Shown piece after piece: positions 17,652 to 29,519 of a stretch of 64,000 nt of DNA. Positions within the stretch are counted from its first letter, which is position 1, and each line of letters opens with the position of its first letter. The stretch lies in IMG/VR virus record IMGVR_UViG_3300044796_000401. One strand, given 5' to 3'. This DNA comes from a virus. Taxonomy: Duplodnaviria; Caudoviricetes. The notes beneath the pieces were generated by a model. That model did no database searches and was not told where the DNA came from. It was given only the letters and a program-made list of their open reading frames with translations. The position numbers and the translations under genes were made by a program.

Positions 17652-20442
17652 TGGGGTATGACCGGAGCGGTTCCAGTTTTGCCCGAGGAGATGACGGATG
17701 ACCAAGCGCGTCGAAGAGAACCTTGAGGAATACGGCGAACGGCTGGGCAGGATGCCCGACACCGGACTTGTGAAGGAAATCCGCAGCTACAAGTTCGTCC
17801 CCCGCCCGCCGATAGTGGACATGGTGGTGCTGGAGTTCTGCATGAAGCATCTCGCGCTGCCCAAGGAACAGCGCCAAGCGGCTCCGCGCACCGTACAAAT
17901 TCTGGAGCCCAAGAAGATGAGCTACGAGGAGGAGTAGTGCGCGGCTGCAAGCCATCGCTGAAGCGGACCATCTGGCGCTGGCTGGACGAAATCCACCAGC
18001 GCAACATGGCGCCGCGGGAGCACACCGACTGGCGGAAGGCTGGCAAGCTGGTTCCTTACGTGAATGCTTTCGTCAAGGAATGCGGCGGCGAGATTCCAGA
18101 GCACCTGTTGCCGAAGAGAAAGGAAAAGACTGATGAAGGAAACGAGACAACTCAAACCGGGGAATAGGTTCAGCTTTCTTCCCCCAGCATGGCACGGTCC
18201 CAGCATCGTCAGGGAATCCCATGCCTCCGGGAACCTGTGGACGCTGAAGTTCGACAACCCGAAGATCGTCAATCCTCCGGGCGTTTGGTACGGGGAGCCG
18301 GGAACAAAAGTCCGGCTGTTGAAGAAAGGAAAGGCATGAAGAAAGAGACGAAAAAGGCCGAGCGTACGCGGCGGCTGCGGCACATGGCGGGGCTGTTCGA
18401 CGACCTGTCGTTCTTCTACAAGGCCACGGGCGACGACGACCGCTCCAAGGGATTGAAGAAAGCGGCACGCAAGCTGCGGAGGAAAAAGTGAATATCGAGG
18501 GCCTATTCGTCGGGCAGAGGGCCTGGAGCGTCACCAAGGGGAAGATGGGGAACACGACCATCGTCACGACCCGCGTGCATCCGGTGGACATCGTCGGGAT
18601 CGACCCCGAGAAGCGTTGGGTCCTCGCATCGTGGAACGGCAACCGGCCAGAGAAATGCTACAGGCTTCGCGTCTCTGGATGGCGCAAGAGCGAACCGATC
18701 TTGATCGAATCGATGACCGGGCGGAGCCGCTTGGCGACGCGGGAGGAACTCAAGGCCATCGCGGACGGGACTTTCACCGGAAGGCACAGCCGGGACACCG
18801 TCCGCTGGCGGGAGGAAGGGCTTTCGCAACTGGCGAAGATCGATCCCGTCAACGAAGTCCTGTGCCCTTACCAGCTTCCCATCGACATCGGGAAGTCGGT
18901 CAACGAAATCCAGAAGGAATGGAACCGTGGAAACTGCTGACCTGACAACGGCGACCGACATGGAACTGACCTACCATGGGTATGAACGTGCGCGATTACT
19001 GCGGATGCTCCATACCGGGCTGGAAACAGTGAAGCGCCAAGCCGAAGTCAAGGAAAGCATCATTTGCGATCTCGAACGGGACTTGGACCTGATCAACGCG
19101 GAGTTGAACAACCGGAATTACCACGACATCGGGCATGCCCGAGAACAGTTCGAATGCAAGGCCGTGGACGGCCACAAGGTCTTGCTGGCGGACGACGAAC
19201 TCGACCCTCGGGTGAGGGCGTTCCGGGACGAGGGGGTACTGTGAAGCCGAAACTTTTCGTGGGGCTGGTCGAGTTCTGGCTGGCGAACTTCGTCAACGAC
19301 GGGCCCATCACGTTCAGGATTCCATTGGATGGATTGGAGAAAAAAGATGTTTGACGACAAGATCACGAAGCACGAGAGCTTCGGCGCGATCACGGTGAAC
19401 CGCGTGAGCGGCCAGTCGTATTTGTTCGGCTCCGAGGCGCTGCACCACGGCTTCATCCGCGTGGAGATCAGCGATGCGGACATGCGCCGGAGCCTGAGCG
19501 ACGACCACGTCTACGCCGACCGCAGGCTGGTCACCGTCGACATGACGTACGAGCAGTGGGCCCGGTTCGTGTCGAGCTTCGGGCTCGGCATGGGCACGCC
19601 CTGCACCCTGCGGCAGGTCGGCACCAAGCGGTACGAGGAGCCGCCCGAGCCCGAGAGCTTCACCAGCAAGTTCCAAGACGACCTGAAAGAGACCGTGAAC
19701 GAAGCCATGGAGAAGCTGGAGGGGCTGATCACGAAGCTCACCGAATCGAACCTGCCAGGCAACAAGCCCCTCGGCAAGAAGGAACAAGCCGTGGTGCTCG
19801 GCGATATCAAGCAAGCCGTCATGCGGATCAAGAGCAACGTCCCCTTCATCGAGCGCCAGTTCGACGAAGCGATGGAGACCAAGGTCGCCGCCGCCATCAT
19901 CGAGGTCGAGGGCACCATCGCCCACGGGCTCCGCGAGGCGGGGCTCGCCTCCCTGCGGCAGAACATGCCGGAGTACGATAGGATGTTCGCGGTGGGCAAG
20001 CCGCAGGAGCAACTGCCGGAAATCGTCGATGCCGAGATCATCATCGAAAATGACGACCGCGGCATCGGAAAGCCGTAAGCATGGTCTACGTCACGAAGGA
20101 AGGCCACGAGGTCGAATACAAGCATCCCCAGCGGCCGTTGATGAAGTCCATCAGCGTCACGCTGCTGGACAAGGCGACGTTTAGCTCGGACCAGCTTCTC
20201 GACGTGATCTGGAAGCACGCCAGGTTCCTGTGCCGCCGTGTCGTGTTCAACCATTCCTACAGGCATGAGAACGGCTCCCTTTCCCACACTTACGACTTGT
20301 ACTTCGATTGGGGGCCGTTCGGCTCCCAGCGCCTTGGCGGCAAGGAGATCAACACGATCGTCGCCGCCATCGAGGAAGACCTGCCGAGCCACATCCCGGT
20401 CAGCCTGCGCGGACGGTCGCATCGGGCCGGACAGGAAGCTAA

Positions 20443-20976
20443 ATGAAGCACATGCTCCTTTCGATTTTGCTTGTTTTGCTTGCTATCCCGGCGAGGGCTG
20501 ACTGCGGCCGCAAGGAGTGGCACACCCGCGTCCGTTCCATCTTGGTCCGGCTTTTTCCGAACGATGAGATGGCCAGCAATGTCCGCCTCGTCTTCATTTG
20601 TGATCCCCGCCCGGACGCCACCTACTCGAACGGCAACATGGTCATCGACTCCGGATTGATGAAGTTCAAAAGGGCCGAGATCGCCGCCGTCCTCGCCCAC
20701 GAGATGGGACACGCGAAACTGGAACAGGACATAGCCTTCGGGCTGTTCGGCGAAAGCCTCGCCGCGCTGGAAAAGGACGAAATAGATGCCGACGACTTCA
20801 GCCTCGTCACCCTGCGCCGGGCGGGATACGGCCCTTGCGATGCCTATCATGCCATGGCGAAGGCGTTGCCGTACTTTCCCAGCATTCTCAAGAATCCTAC
20901 CGGCCCGCACAACCGGATAGTCGTCCATCGCTTCGGCAGGCTCCAAGAGGCATGCAAACAGGGGGGCGTGACATGA
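20443..20976 (+). CDS. Secreted M48-family metallopeptidase
   Basis: Signal peptide; AVLAHEMGH and EIDADDFS...RAGY. Confidence 0.8.
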   Translation: MKHMLLSILLVLLAIPARADCGRKEWHTRVRSILVRLFPNDEMASNVRLVFICDPRPDATYSNGNMVIDSGLMKFKRAEIAAVLAHEMGHAKLEQDIAFGLFGESLAALEKDEIDADDFSLVTLRRAGYGPCDAYHAMAKALPYFPSILKNPTGPHNRIVVHRFGRLQEACKQGGVT

Positions 20977-22380
20977 CATGGATTTTCGAATGCCCGGACT
21001 GCGATGCGAGGGTTACTCTCGACCCCCACGCCCTAGAGTCGCCGCAGACCCGGTGCCAGAGTTGCGGCCGCGCATTCAAGACATCCGGGTTGCGGGCGCA
21101 CGGGTTCATCTATTCGATAGGAACCGAGGAAGAAGAGGAATAAAACATGGCGCACGCGCACAAAGTCACGAAAGCCGACCGCCGCAATAAGGGCCGCCGC
21201 AAGGACCAGGGCGCGGCGACGATGGCCGCCCTCAAGCGGCTCGACGCCCGGAACGCCCTTGAAAAAGCCGTTATCGCCGAGGACAAGCCGCCGCTCGGGC
21301 CGAGGAGTAGCGGATGATTAGCATCAACGTCAACGGTAACGTCCGGGTGAAACTGACGCCGTCAGGCGAGGCGCTGTGGGCCGAGCACTGGAAGAGGACG
21401 AACCCCAAAGGCGTGCCGGACGCCATCCGCAGATCGCAAGTCGAAGCGTGCGGGTGGACGCGGTTCCAGTTGCACGAACTCATGCTCGTTTTCGGCAAGG
21501 CGATGTGGAACGGCAACATGGAGTTGCCGTTTGAAATGAACGAAACCAGGCTGACTCGCAACTGAGGAAACATGCCAAGGTCAATAACAGCAATCTGCGG
21601 CGTGCCGTTTCGCAAGATCGTGAAGCACGCGCGGAAAAACCTCCGGACCTCCACCGAAACCCTGTCATGCGGGCACACGATGCTGCGCCGGGAGGATGCC
21701 AACGGTTTGGGAACTATACGCTTTACACCACAAGGAGATAAACCATGAGAAAGAAAGAAGCTAGACCTAATGAATCGGACAACAGAATCTTCAAAGTCGA
21801 GGCACAAGGAGACACACTCTATATCCAAGCGCCTACGCAGGAAGATGCTCATTTACAACTAACTGAAAAGATTGGCCCTATTCCTGATCGGCTGCTCACA
21901 TGGGGCGAAGTCAAAAAATTACCAAAAGGCGAAGAGTTTTTGTAGGGTATCAAGCGTATAATTCCCAACGGTTTCTGTTGCGCATCCCAGCGGAGGTGCT
22001 ATACTTGCAAGAGGGAAGGCTACGAGAGCCTGAAGAGCCGCAAAATCCGCCTTGCGAACGAACGCTGGGACAAAGAAATGGAGCCGTTCCTTGAGGAAAA
22101 CCAGTCGAAAGCCAAGAAGTAAGTATCCGACCGTCCGCGCTGGCTGCCGCCACTGGTTCGGAATCGTGCCCACCGACAAGCGGATCGATAAATATGCGCA
22201 AGCGCATTGCATCCTCAAGGAGGATATTCCCGAGGACATCTTCGACACCATGGACCGGGACTTGTTCATCAATATCATCGTGGAGGATGCGCTTGGCAAG
22301 GGGTATAATCGGCCCATGAATTGCGACTCCGACGAGTACAAGAACAAGTTCTATCCGCTGTTCTACCAAGTCGCGCCGTA

Positions 22381-22648
22381 GAGCCCCTGCCTTCAGGCAT
22401 GGGGATATAAGGCGCGTTATACAGCTTAAAGATATTTATTGACAAACAGAAAGCGAAGGCGTACACTTTCATTGAAGGTTTGAGAATCCTAGCCGAGGGA
22501 CGCTCGGTATCAGCCTGTGGAGGCACAGTAAGTCTTGAGCGCGAGCCCAAGCATGTGCCTGTGAAGCAGGAAACATCGTTGGAGACGTGCGGCAATGCCG
22601 CATAGTAACTCCAAAGAATCCCCCGCCTTTAGGCGTGGGGAGTCTCAA
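22381..22648 (+). mobile_element. Internally deleted IS200/IS605-family element (non-autonomous)
   Basis: Left hairpin CCCCTGCCTTCAGGCATGGGG (22384-22404) and right hairpin CCCCCGCCTTTAGGCGTGGGG (22620-22640) ending in TCAA. 22474-22605 encodes a TnpB-like C-terminal tail (EGLRILAEGRSVSACG...VKQE). Confidence 0.75.
22439..22467 (+). promoter_or_regulatory. Near-consensus sigma70 promoter TTGACA-17-TACACT inside the IS remnant
   Basis: Directly read. Confidence 0.75.
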
Positions 22649-22668
22649 AGGAAGGCAATCAAGAAGGG
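22474..22668 (+). ncRNA. Putative stand-alone TnpB omega-RNA (scaffold plus flanking guide AGGAAGGCAATCAAGAAGGG)
   Basis: TnpB omega-RNAs overlap the tnpB 3' end and the right end. Here exactly that segment follows a promoter. Confidence 0.5.
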
Positions 22669-22920
22669 CATCAAGGTCACGGCTGCCGCCCGGAGGATCG
22701 CATGTACGACGAACTGATAGCCACAGCCCCGAGCGGGGAAATCGCCATGAGGCTGGTCAAGGCGCTCAGGGAGGTGTTCGGCATCAAGGTCACCGCGAGC
22801 GGCACGCTTGTCACCTCGGCGGGCACGAGCGTGAAAATTTTCGGGGATGTCACTCCCATCTTCCTTCCCATCGTGAAAGCCTACACCAAGGGATTCCTCG
22901 AAGGAGCCAGCAAATAAGCC

Positions 22921-23412
22921 ATGGCTGAAACGCAGAAATCCGTCCATGAATGGTGCAAGACGACCTTTTCCCGGTTTGCGGGATTGCAGGGGCGGGCGAC
23001 CGCCTTGTTGGAAGAAGCTGTTGAATTGGCGTTGACTGCTGGACTGAGCAGTGAAACCATTTACGCCACTGCGAGGGTGCCGATCCTCAAGGAAGCCGCC
23101 AGAGCCAAGAGTGGTTGGCCCACGATTCAATGCCGCAAATGCGCCGCCTTTTTCTGGGTTCCGGACGGATGCGCCTGCGGCGAGCACAAGCCGTTCAATT
23201 CGATGACTGGAAAAAACGGGGACGCGGAGGAGATCGCGGATGTCATGATCTGCGTCTACGCCTGCGCCGAGGAGGCGGGGTACGATGCCCGCAAGGAACT
23301 GGACGAAAAAATGGCATTGAACCGCAGCCGCCCGGCGGAGTATTATGCCGAGAAGACGGCACGCAAGGAAGAGTTGGGCTACGTCCTTCCGGAGAGCGGG
23401 GTGCCGCGATGA
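22921..23412 (+). CDS. MazG-like nucleotide pyrophosphohydrolase with Zn-finger insert
   Basis: LLEEAVEL...EEIADVMI; CRKC...CACGEH insert. Confidence 0.65.
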   Translation: MAETQKSVHEWCKTTFSRFAGLQGRATALLEEAVELALTAGLSSETIYATARVPILKEAARAKSGWPTIQCRKCAAFFWVPDGCACGEHKPFNSMTGKNGDAEEIADVMICVYACAEEAGYDARKELDEKMALNRSRPAEYYAEKTARKEELGYVLPESGVPR

Positions 23413-24296
23413 GCAAAACGGTTCCGCCGCTGCGGACGCGGCTGTGGGAATTGGCGCGGTACATGCGAATGGAATTGCACACGGCGAGTCTCATCACGGA
23501 CGAGGAATACGCCGAACTGGCCCAGGACCACGACGCCGTGCGCCGACTGGAGGAATGGGATGCCATCCGGGCGGCGGAAAAATCCCCGGAAGACGGGAAT
23601 AGCGCGGCAACCGCGATCCCGCAGCAGGTCATCGCCGACGAGATTCTGCGAAGGATCGCAATGCGCTACAAGCATTGCGATGCGAACATCTATCCTGCGT
23701 TTCCGGGATTGACGGCGGTCGAAGCGGAATTGACGGTGGTCGAAGCGGTTTTGCGCTGCGCAGCCAAGGAAGGATTCTGGCTGACAAACATGCCGAGGTG
23801 ACCGATGGCGAAAAACATGGACCTTGAAAAGCTGCGGGAATCCGCCCGCAAGCTTATCATGCTGATCGACACGAAGAACGACTGGGTGGGCCTGATGCCG
23901 GGGCAAATGGCATTCCACGACCTCCTGAACGGCATACGCTGGGAGATCGACGGCGAGGAGAGCGAAGTTCTTCGCACGACGGGGTGCTTGGAAAAGTACC
24001 TGAGGAGAGGATAAATGCGGCCGATCAAGAAGACCTTGCCTTGCGGGGTGGTGCTGCGGCAGATGCCCTCCCCCGAAGACGAGAATTTCGACAGGGATTA
24101 CGTCCAGTTCCACATCGAACCCACGGGGCCGGAGATCAGCAACAATTTCGTCCGCGCCTACAACGGGGACGAAAAACCCAATAAGGACTTCGCCCCCTAC
24201 AAAAGGCAGGCGGATATCATCGTCGCCCGCAGGAACCTGCGGGCGTTGCGGGCCTTGATCGACCGATTGATCAGGCAAAAAGTCTAAGGGGGCAAA

Positions 24297-24890
24297 GTGG
24301 GCATATTGGTTCCGATGGTGGTCGAGCAGACCAGCCGCGGCGAACGCGCCTACGACATCTATTCCCGCCTGCTGAAGGACCACATCATCTTCCTCGCGGC
24401 GGAAATCGACGACGACGTTGCCAACCTCGTGATCGCGCAGATGCTCTTCCTCGAAGCGGAAGACCCGAACCGCAGCATATCCCTCTACATCAACTCGCCG
24501 GGCGGCAGCGTCACGTCGGGGCTGGCGATCTACGACACCATGCAGTTCGTCAAGCCGAGCATCGAGACGATATGCATCGGGCAGGCGGCGAGCATGGCGG
24601 CGGTGCTGCTGGCGGGCGGCGCTCCGGGGAAGCGGCTCACCCTGCCGCACGTCCGGATCATGATCCACCAGCCGATGCTGTTCGGGCTGAGCGGACAGGC
24701 GACGGACATCGAAATCCACGCCAAGGACATCCTGCGCATAAAGAGGCGCTTGAACGAGATCATGTCGAAGCACACCGGGCAGCCGCTCGAAAAGCTGGAG
24801 AAGGACGCCGACCGGGACTTCATCATGGGCGCGGAGGAAGCGAAGGAATACGGGATCGTGGACACCATCGTCGGGAAGAAGGGCAGCTAG
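24297..24890 (+). CDS. clpP: ATP-dependent Clp protease proteolytic subunit
   Basis: [43 protein letters not shown]. Confidence 0.97.
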   Translation: MGILVPMVVEQTSRGERAYDIYSRLLKDHIIFLAAEIDDDVANLVIAQMLFLEAEDPNRSISLYINSPGGSVTSGLAIYDTMQFVKPSIETICIGQAASMAAVLLAGGAPGKRLTLPHVRIMIHQPMLFGLSGQATDIEIHAKDILRIKRRLNEIMSKHTGQPLEKLEKDADRDFIMGAEEAKEYGIVDTIVGKKGS

Positions 24891-24917
24891 CCGATTCCTC
24901 CCCGGTCGCTGTATACT
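24888..24917 (+). promoter_or_regulatory. Promoter TAGCCG-18-TATACT
   Basis: Recurring motif; upstream of ORF 24928. Confidence 0.6.
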
Positions 24918-25179
24918 AGGAGTGCGTATGATTCTCAAGTGCCAATGCTGCGGGTTCGAGCGGGAGTTCGCCGACGCCGAGGAGGCGTTCGAGGCGGGCT
25001 GGGACGCCCCGCCGCATTTTTTCTATGTTTGCTGCGATTGCTGCCCCGCTTCTTATCTGATACTGGGCACGGATCACAGCGAGGTTCACGAACGGTGGAA
25101 GAGGGATGGGAGACCAACGCCATAAATACCACTAACAAATGAATTAGGATACTTTCAACTCCCTAAATGGGGGTTGAAA

Positions 25180-25791
25180 ATGACTTTAGAACAGAGAAGG
25201 ATTAACGCGGAAAAAGCTCTAAAGCTGTACCATGATAGGCGCTTGTCGGGAATTTGTGTGGCGTGCGGGAAGCGACCACCAATCCAAGGGGTGCTAAGAT
25301 GTGCTAGCTGCCGTAAGATACGAAAAGCCATCTCGCAAAAACAAAAGGAAAACAGACCGGAGGGGAGTTGTAGGCAATGTTTAACTCGCCCGGCAGTACC
25401 CGGATTGACTAGTTGCCAAAAATGCCGTGAACGTGGCTGTAAGAAAATGAACAATCTAACCCGTGAAACTAGACTCAAAGTTCTTGTTTTATATGGGGGA
25501 AAATGCCAGTGTCCCGGCTGTACGGTTTCAAACTTCAAATACCTGCAATTGGATCACAAAAACAACGATGGCGGTATAGAACGAAAAGCGTTGCCGCCAT
25601 CGATTCGGGGAACCAAGTTTTTTAAGCTAGTGTTGAGCCAAGAAAAGCGAAATGATTTGCAATTACTGTGTGCAAACTGCCATAATACTAAGAGGTATGG
25701 TGGTTGCACCGAGGAAGATCATGCCGGGACAAGAACGAATCCGCTACCCGAGAACCCCGCATCTGATGTGGAGCCCCGGAGCCACGTCTGA
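25180..25791 (+). CDS. HNH endonuclease with N-terminal Cys repeats
   Basis: CQCPGC...LQLDHKNNDG...LLCANCHNTK. Confidence 0.75.
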   Translation: MTLEQRRINAEKALKLYHDRRLSGICVACGKRPPIQGVLRCASCRKIRKAISQKQKENRPEGSCRQCLTRPAVPGLTSCQKCRERGCKKMNNLTRETRLKVLVLYGGKCQCPGCTVSNFKYLQLDHKNNDGGIERKALPPSIRGTKFFKLVLSQEKRNDLQLLCANCHNTKRYGGCTEEDHAGTRTNPLPENPASDVEPRSHV

Positions 25792-26383
25792 TGACCGCGT
25801 GCTGAAAACGACCGCTTCGTGGGAGGGAACGGAGGTCGTCATCACGGAAAAAATGGATGGCAGTCAGTGCACGTTATACTGTGACGGCCTGCATGGACGG
25901 TCGTTGGAGTTGGATTCGCATTGGCAATGGGACAAGCTCAAGGCGATGCATGCCGCTATGTCCCACGAAATACCCGTGGGCTGGCGCATATGCTTGGAGA
26001 ATATGACAGCCGTCCATTCCATTGAATATGACAACCTGCCTTCGCTATTTTTAGTTTTTTCCACTTGGGACCGAGACAATATTTGCCTTGGCTGGGTAGA
26101 AACAACCGAATGGTGCGCGTTACTGGACTTAACGCCTGTTCCGGTGCTTTACCAAGGACTGTATACCGATGATGCTTGCAAAGCGCTCTGTGATTCGCTG
26201 GACACAAATCACCAAGAGGGGTTGGTTGTACGCCCTGCAAACCGTTTTCACTTTGACCGATTCAGCGTTCTGACTGGAAAGTGGGTCAGAAAAAACCATG
26301 TGCGGACTTCTGACCATTGGAAAGAACAGCCACCACGGTACAACCGGACCCGGCATATCGAATTCAACGAGGTGCAAGAATGA
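25697..26383 (+). CDS. RNA ligase (Rnl2-like nucleotidyltransferase)
   Basis: YPRTPHL.WSPGATSDD, TEKMDG, EGLVVR, KWVR..HV.T..HW. Confidence 0.8.
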   Translation: MVVAPRKIMPGQERIRYPRTPHLMWSPGATSDDRVLKTTASWEGTEVVITEKMDGSQCTLYCDGLHGRSLELDSHWQWDKLKAMHAAMSHEIPVGWRICLENMTAVHSIEYDNLPSLFLVFSTWDRDNICLGWVETTEWCALLDLTPVPVLYQGLYTDDACKALCDSLDTNHQEGLVVRPANRFHFDRFSVLTGKWVRKNHVRTSDHWKEQPPRYNRTRHIEFNEVQE

Positions 26384-26891
26384 TCCGTATCATTGTCATA
26401 TCCGTCGGTATCCTCAGCCTAGCCTATGTTTTCGGCAGCGCTGTTTTCGTCTACCGCTGGTTCCGCCTGTACGGGAAACTGGTGGACAAGCCGTGGGGAG
26501 AAGCCATAGCTCGGGAAGACTGGGACGAAAGCTACTACTGGCATGAAGTGGCCGCGTCCCACCTCAAGGTAAACCCCCTCAACCCGGTGAACTGGGTGCG
26601 CCGCTGGAACTGGGCCCCTAAGCCAAGGAGCGACCGATGACCAACTGGGAAAAAGCGAAGTGGGCGTGGAACAACTTCTGCGCGCTGATAGTCTGCGCCG
26701 CCTACGCCTCCGTGGCGGCCGTGGCCCTCGGGGACGCCTGCTGGCGGACCTATCACCATGAATGGCTCCAGTGCGGCAAGGATTTGCTGGTCGTCGTCAT
26801 ATGCCTCGGGGGAGGGGCGCTGACCTGGAAGTTCTACCAATGGACGAACGGGCTGTTCAAGAGATGGATTGACAAGGCCCCCAAGACCTGA
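26380..26891 (+). CDS. Two small membrane proteins (26380-26640, 26637-26891)
   Basis: Hydrophobic TM segments; ATGA-coupled starts. Confidence 0.55.
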
Positions 26892-26897
26892 TACCAT
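26869..26897 (+). promoter_or_regulatory. Promoter TTGACA-17-TACCAT, ATG 6 nt downstream (26904)
   Basis: Directly read. Confidence 0.6.
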
Positions 26898-27756
26898 GCG
26901 TCCATGAACTACCAGTACGAGCAGCTTGCAAGCCGACTCTCCGTGGTGGGGGACTGCTTCCCGATGGGGGAGCCCGTCCGGTGCAAGTTCTGCCGCAAGG
27001 TCTACGACCTGACCATCGTCCGGATCGTTGGCGACTACGGCGTCCACGGCGTCACCACCCGCAACATCGCCTTCGAGACCCCGTGCTGCCGCCAGATAGC
27101 GAGCAGCGGGGCGCACTGCGACTTCACGCGTCTGACCAAGGGCAACTCGATCTTCGCACGCTAATCTGTCGGAGGACTGCCCCCGCCTGCTATGTATTGC
27201 ATGCCGTACCGGTCAATCAAATCCGCCAGAACGCAATTCAGGGATGCCCGCCTGCCCACCGTTTCGTCGATCAAAAACGATTTCATGGCATCTTTTCCCC
27301 GTTGGCTGGAAATCACCGAGATACACATAAACGAGCAGTTGTAGGTAAGGCGGGTTTCGGTCGGGGGGCTGTCCGAAGGCACGGTGATCAAGCAAGAGAT
27401 CGCAGCCGCACGGTCCTTAATCCTGACGAACGAGGGCGAATTCCTTGTAGGGTATCCGGCCGAGGCGTATGGGTTTTTTGTCGGGACCGTTGGACACGTA
27501 GAGTTCGCCCGTGTCCGTGCAAAGCATGAGTTGGGAGGGAACCGAATTCACGATTCCTTTTTTCAAGTTCTTTTTCAGTCCCCGGTACGGTTTCAAGTAG
27601 CCGATAAGATGTGCCATAGATTCACCTCTGATTCCTCCTAATATTCGCAGCCGAAGCCGTTCCGTCCCCGCTCGGCGGGAACGCCGAGGCACCAGCCAAC
27701 GCTAGCCGGATATCGGCGGCGATTGGTCTGCGGCGATTTCCGCTTGGCAGTAGGCG

Positions 27757-28266
27757 ATGGCGCAGGTTAGCTGGCAGAACTGCGACGGAATTCCCACCAG
27801 ATTCAACTGGGTGTTGTCCCCGGAGCGCGTCGTATTGTACCCGATTACCCACTTGATGTCCGGGCGGTCGGTGACGCCGTTTGTCACCGTTTCCACCGTG
27901 GGACTCGATGGGTACGGAGAACCCGTCCCGGTGCAGGACAATGCCTTGCTCGGCTTCGGGGCTGCGGACCTGAACAGGGCCATCGACCTCATCCTCAGCA
28001 CCAAGCACGACAGGGAAAAGAACATCGTCACGGATGTCGATCTTGCGGGCCTCGGGTTCAAGCCCGAGATTTACGACGAATGCAGCATCCGCATACGGCT
28101 GGAGTACTCCGACTTTTCCGATGATGAATGGAAAGCCGGAAGATCGGCCTCCCTTGCCCGGCTCCTGGCTTCCGAACGCATCTTCGTCACCCCGGATTTC
28201 CTCCAGTTCGAGGCCCCGGCGAGGGAGAACATGCGCCGGGAACTCAACGATTTGACCCTGAAATAA
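27757..28266 (+). CDS. Hypothetical protein
   Basis: 169-aa ORF with AGG upstream. Confidence 0.5.
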   Translation: MAQVSWQNCDGIPTRFNWVLSPERVVLYPITHLMSGRSVTPFVTVSTVGLDGYGEPVPVQDNALLGFGAADLNRAIDLILSTKHDREKNIVTDVDLAGLGFKPEIYDECSIRIRLEYSDFSDDEWKAGRSASLARLLASERIFVTPDFLQFEAPARENMRRELNDLTLK

Positions 28267-28346
28267 GCCATTTCCACCCCCCGATCCCGACAGTGCGGAG
28301 CGAATCGCCTTTGCGATCCCTTAGGAAGAGGCGTCAGTGCCGCTCC

Positions 28347-29519
28347 ATGCCGACCACAGGGACCAAAAGAATGAAGACCGGGACGAAGCAGCAGCTTGAT
28401 CCGAGCCGCCGCAGCACAGAAGCGAAGGACTTCGAAGCCAATCTCCGCAGCAGGATCGTGGGGCAGGATGCCGCGATCGAAAAAATGGTCGAGGTGTACC
28501 AGGTTTTCCTGGCCGGGTTGAATCCCGTGGGACGCCCTGTCGGCAATCTTCTCTTCCTTGGACCCACCGGCTCCGGCAAAACGCGCATCGTCGAATCCAC
28601 CGCGGAAATCCTGTTCGGCGATTCCCACGCCATGATCAAGATCGACTGCGCGGAATTCCAGCACTCCCACGAGATCGCGAAACTCATCGGCTCGCCCCCC
28701 GGCTACCTCGGGCACCGGGAAACCCACCCGCTCATCACGCAGGAGGAACTGAGCAAATACCACACCGACAAGCTGAAGCTCTCCGTCCTGCTTTTCGACG
28801 AGATCGAAAAAGCGTCCGATGCGCTGTGGCAACTGCTCCTCGGCATCTTGGACAAGGCCACGCTCACCCTCGGCGACAACCGCCGCGTCGATCTCAGCCA
28901 ATGCATCATCGTCATGACATCCAACCTCGGCAGCGGCAGCATGATCCAGATTCAGGAGGGCGGCGGGATGGGCTTCACGATTGGCAAGCCCGTCGTGGAC
29001 GAAAAATTCGATACCCGGATCAACGACTCGGCGATCAACGCCGCCCGCAGGAAGTTCACGCCGGAGTTCATGAACCGGATCGACAAGGTTGTCGTCTTCA
29101 ACACGCTCCGCGACGAGCACCTGCGGCAGATTCTCGACATCGAGCTTGGCATATTGCAGCAGCGGGTGCTCGCCGCGCAGGGGAACAACCACTTCGTCTT
29201 CTCCTGCACGCGGGCGGTCAAGGACAAGATTCTGGCCGAGGGCACGGACGTGAAGTACGGTGCCCGCCACCTGAAGCGGGTGATCGAGCGCAGCCTCACC
29301 TTCCCGCTGGCGAACCTCGTGGCGACCGGGCAGATCAAGCTCGGGGACATAGTCAGGATCGACCTGAACGACCAAATGGAGCTTGTGTTCACTAGGGAGG
29401 CCGAGGGGGCGCTGATCCCGATCCTCCTCGAAAAATGCGGATCGCCGACGGGTTCGCAGAATCCGGCCCCGGTAGCGCCGTCGCCCGTCGCGGCGGTAGC
29501 GCCGAGGCGCAAGAAATAG
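28347..29519 (+). CDS. Single-domain ClpB/ClpA-type AAA+ ATPase (D2 domain only)
   Basis: RIVGQ, LFLGPTGSGKT, IDCAEFQHSHEIAKLIGSPPGYLG, LFDEIEKA, MTSNLG, PEFMNRID, GARHLKR. Confidence 0.9.
   Translation: MPTTGTKRMKTGTKQQLDPSRRSTEAKDFEANLRSRIVGQDAAIEKMVEVYQVFLAGLNPVGRPVGNLLFLGPTGSGKTRIVESTAEILFGDSHAMIKIDCAEFQHSHEIAKLIGSPPGYLGHRETHPLITQEELSKYHTDKLKLSVLLFDEIEKASDALWQLLLGILDKATLTLGDNRRVDLSQCIIVMTSNLGSGSMIQIQEGGGMGFTIGKPVVDEKFDTRINDSAINAARRKFTPEFMNRIDKVVVFNTLRDEHLRQILDIELGILQQRVLAAQGNNHFVFSCTRAVKDKILAEGTDVKYGARHLKRVIERSLTFPLANLVATGQIKLGDIVRIDLNDQMELVFTREAEGALIPILLEKCGSPTGSQNPAPVAPSPVAAVAPRRKK

Larger units (their letters stand above)
16129..22381 (+). other. Dense cluster of small co-oriented hypothetical phage ORFs (e.g. 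16129-16392, 16544-16888, 16977-17228, 17231-17584, 17698-17937, 18488-18940, 18927-19244, 19347-20078, 20081-20446, 21314-21565, 21745-21945, 22052-22381)
   Basis: Abutting or overlapping start and stop codons with RBSs; typical phage early/accessory region. Confidence 0.7.

Noticed and set aside
23379-24938. Long antisense ORFs (also 28071-29375, 13604-14431, 31563-32564, 62729-63748)
   Set aside because: Shadow ORFs of GC-rich genes on the opposite strand that have clear motifs.
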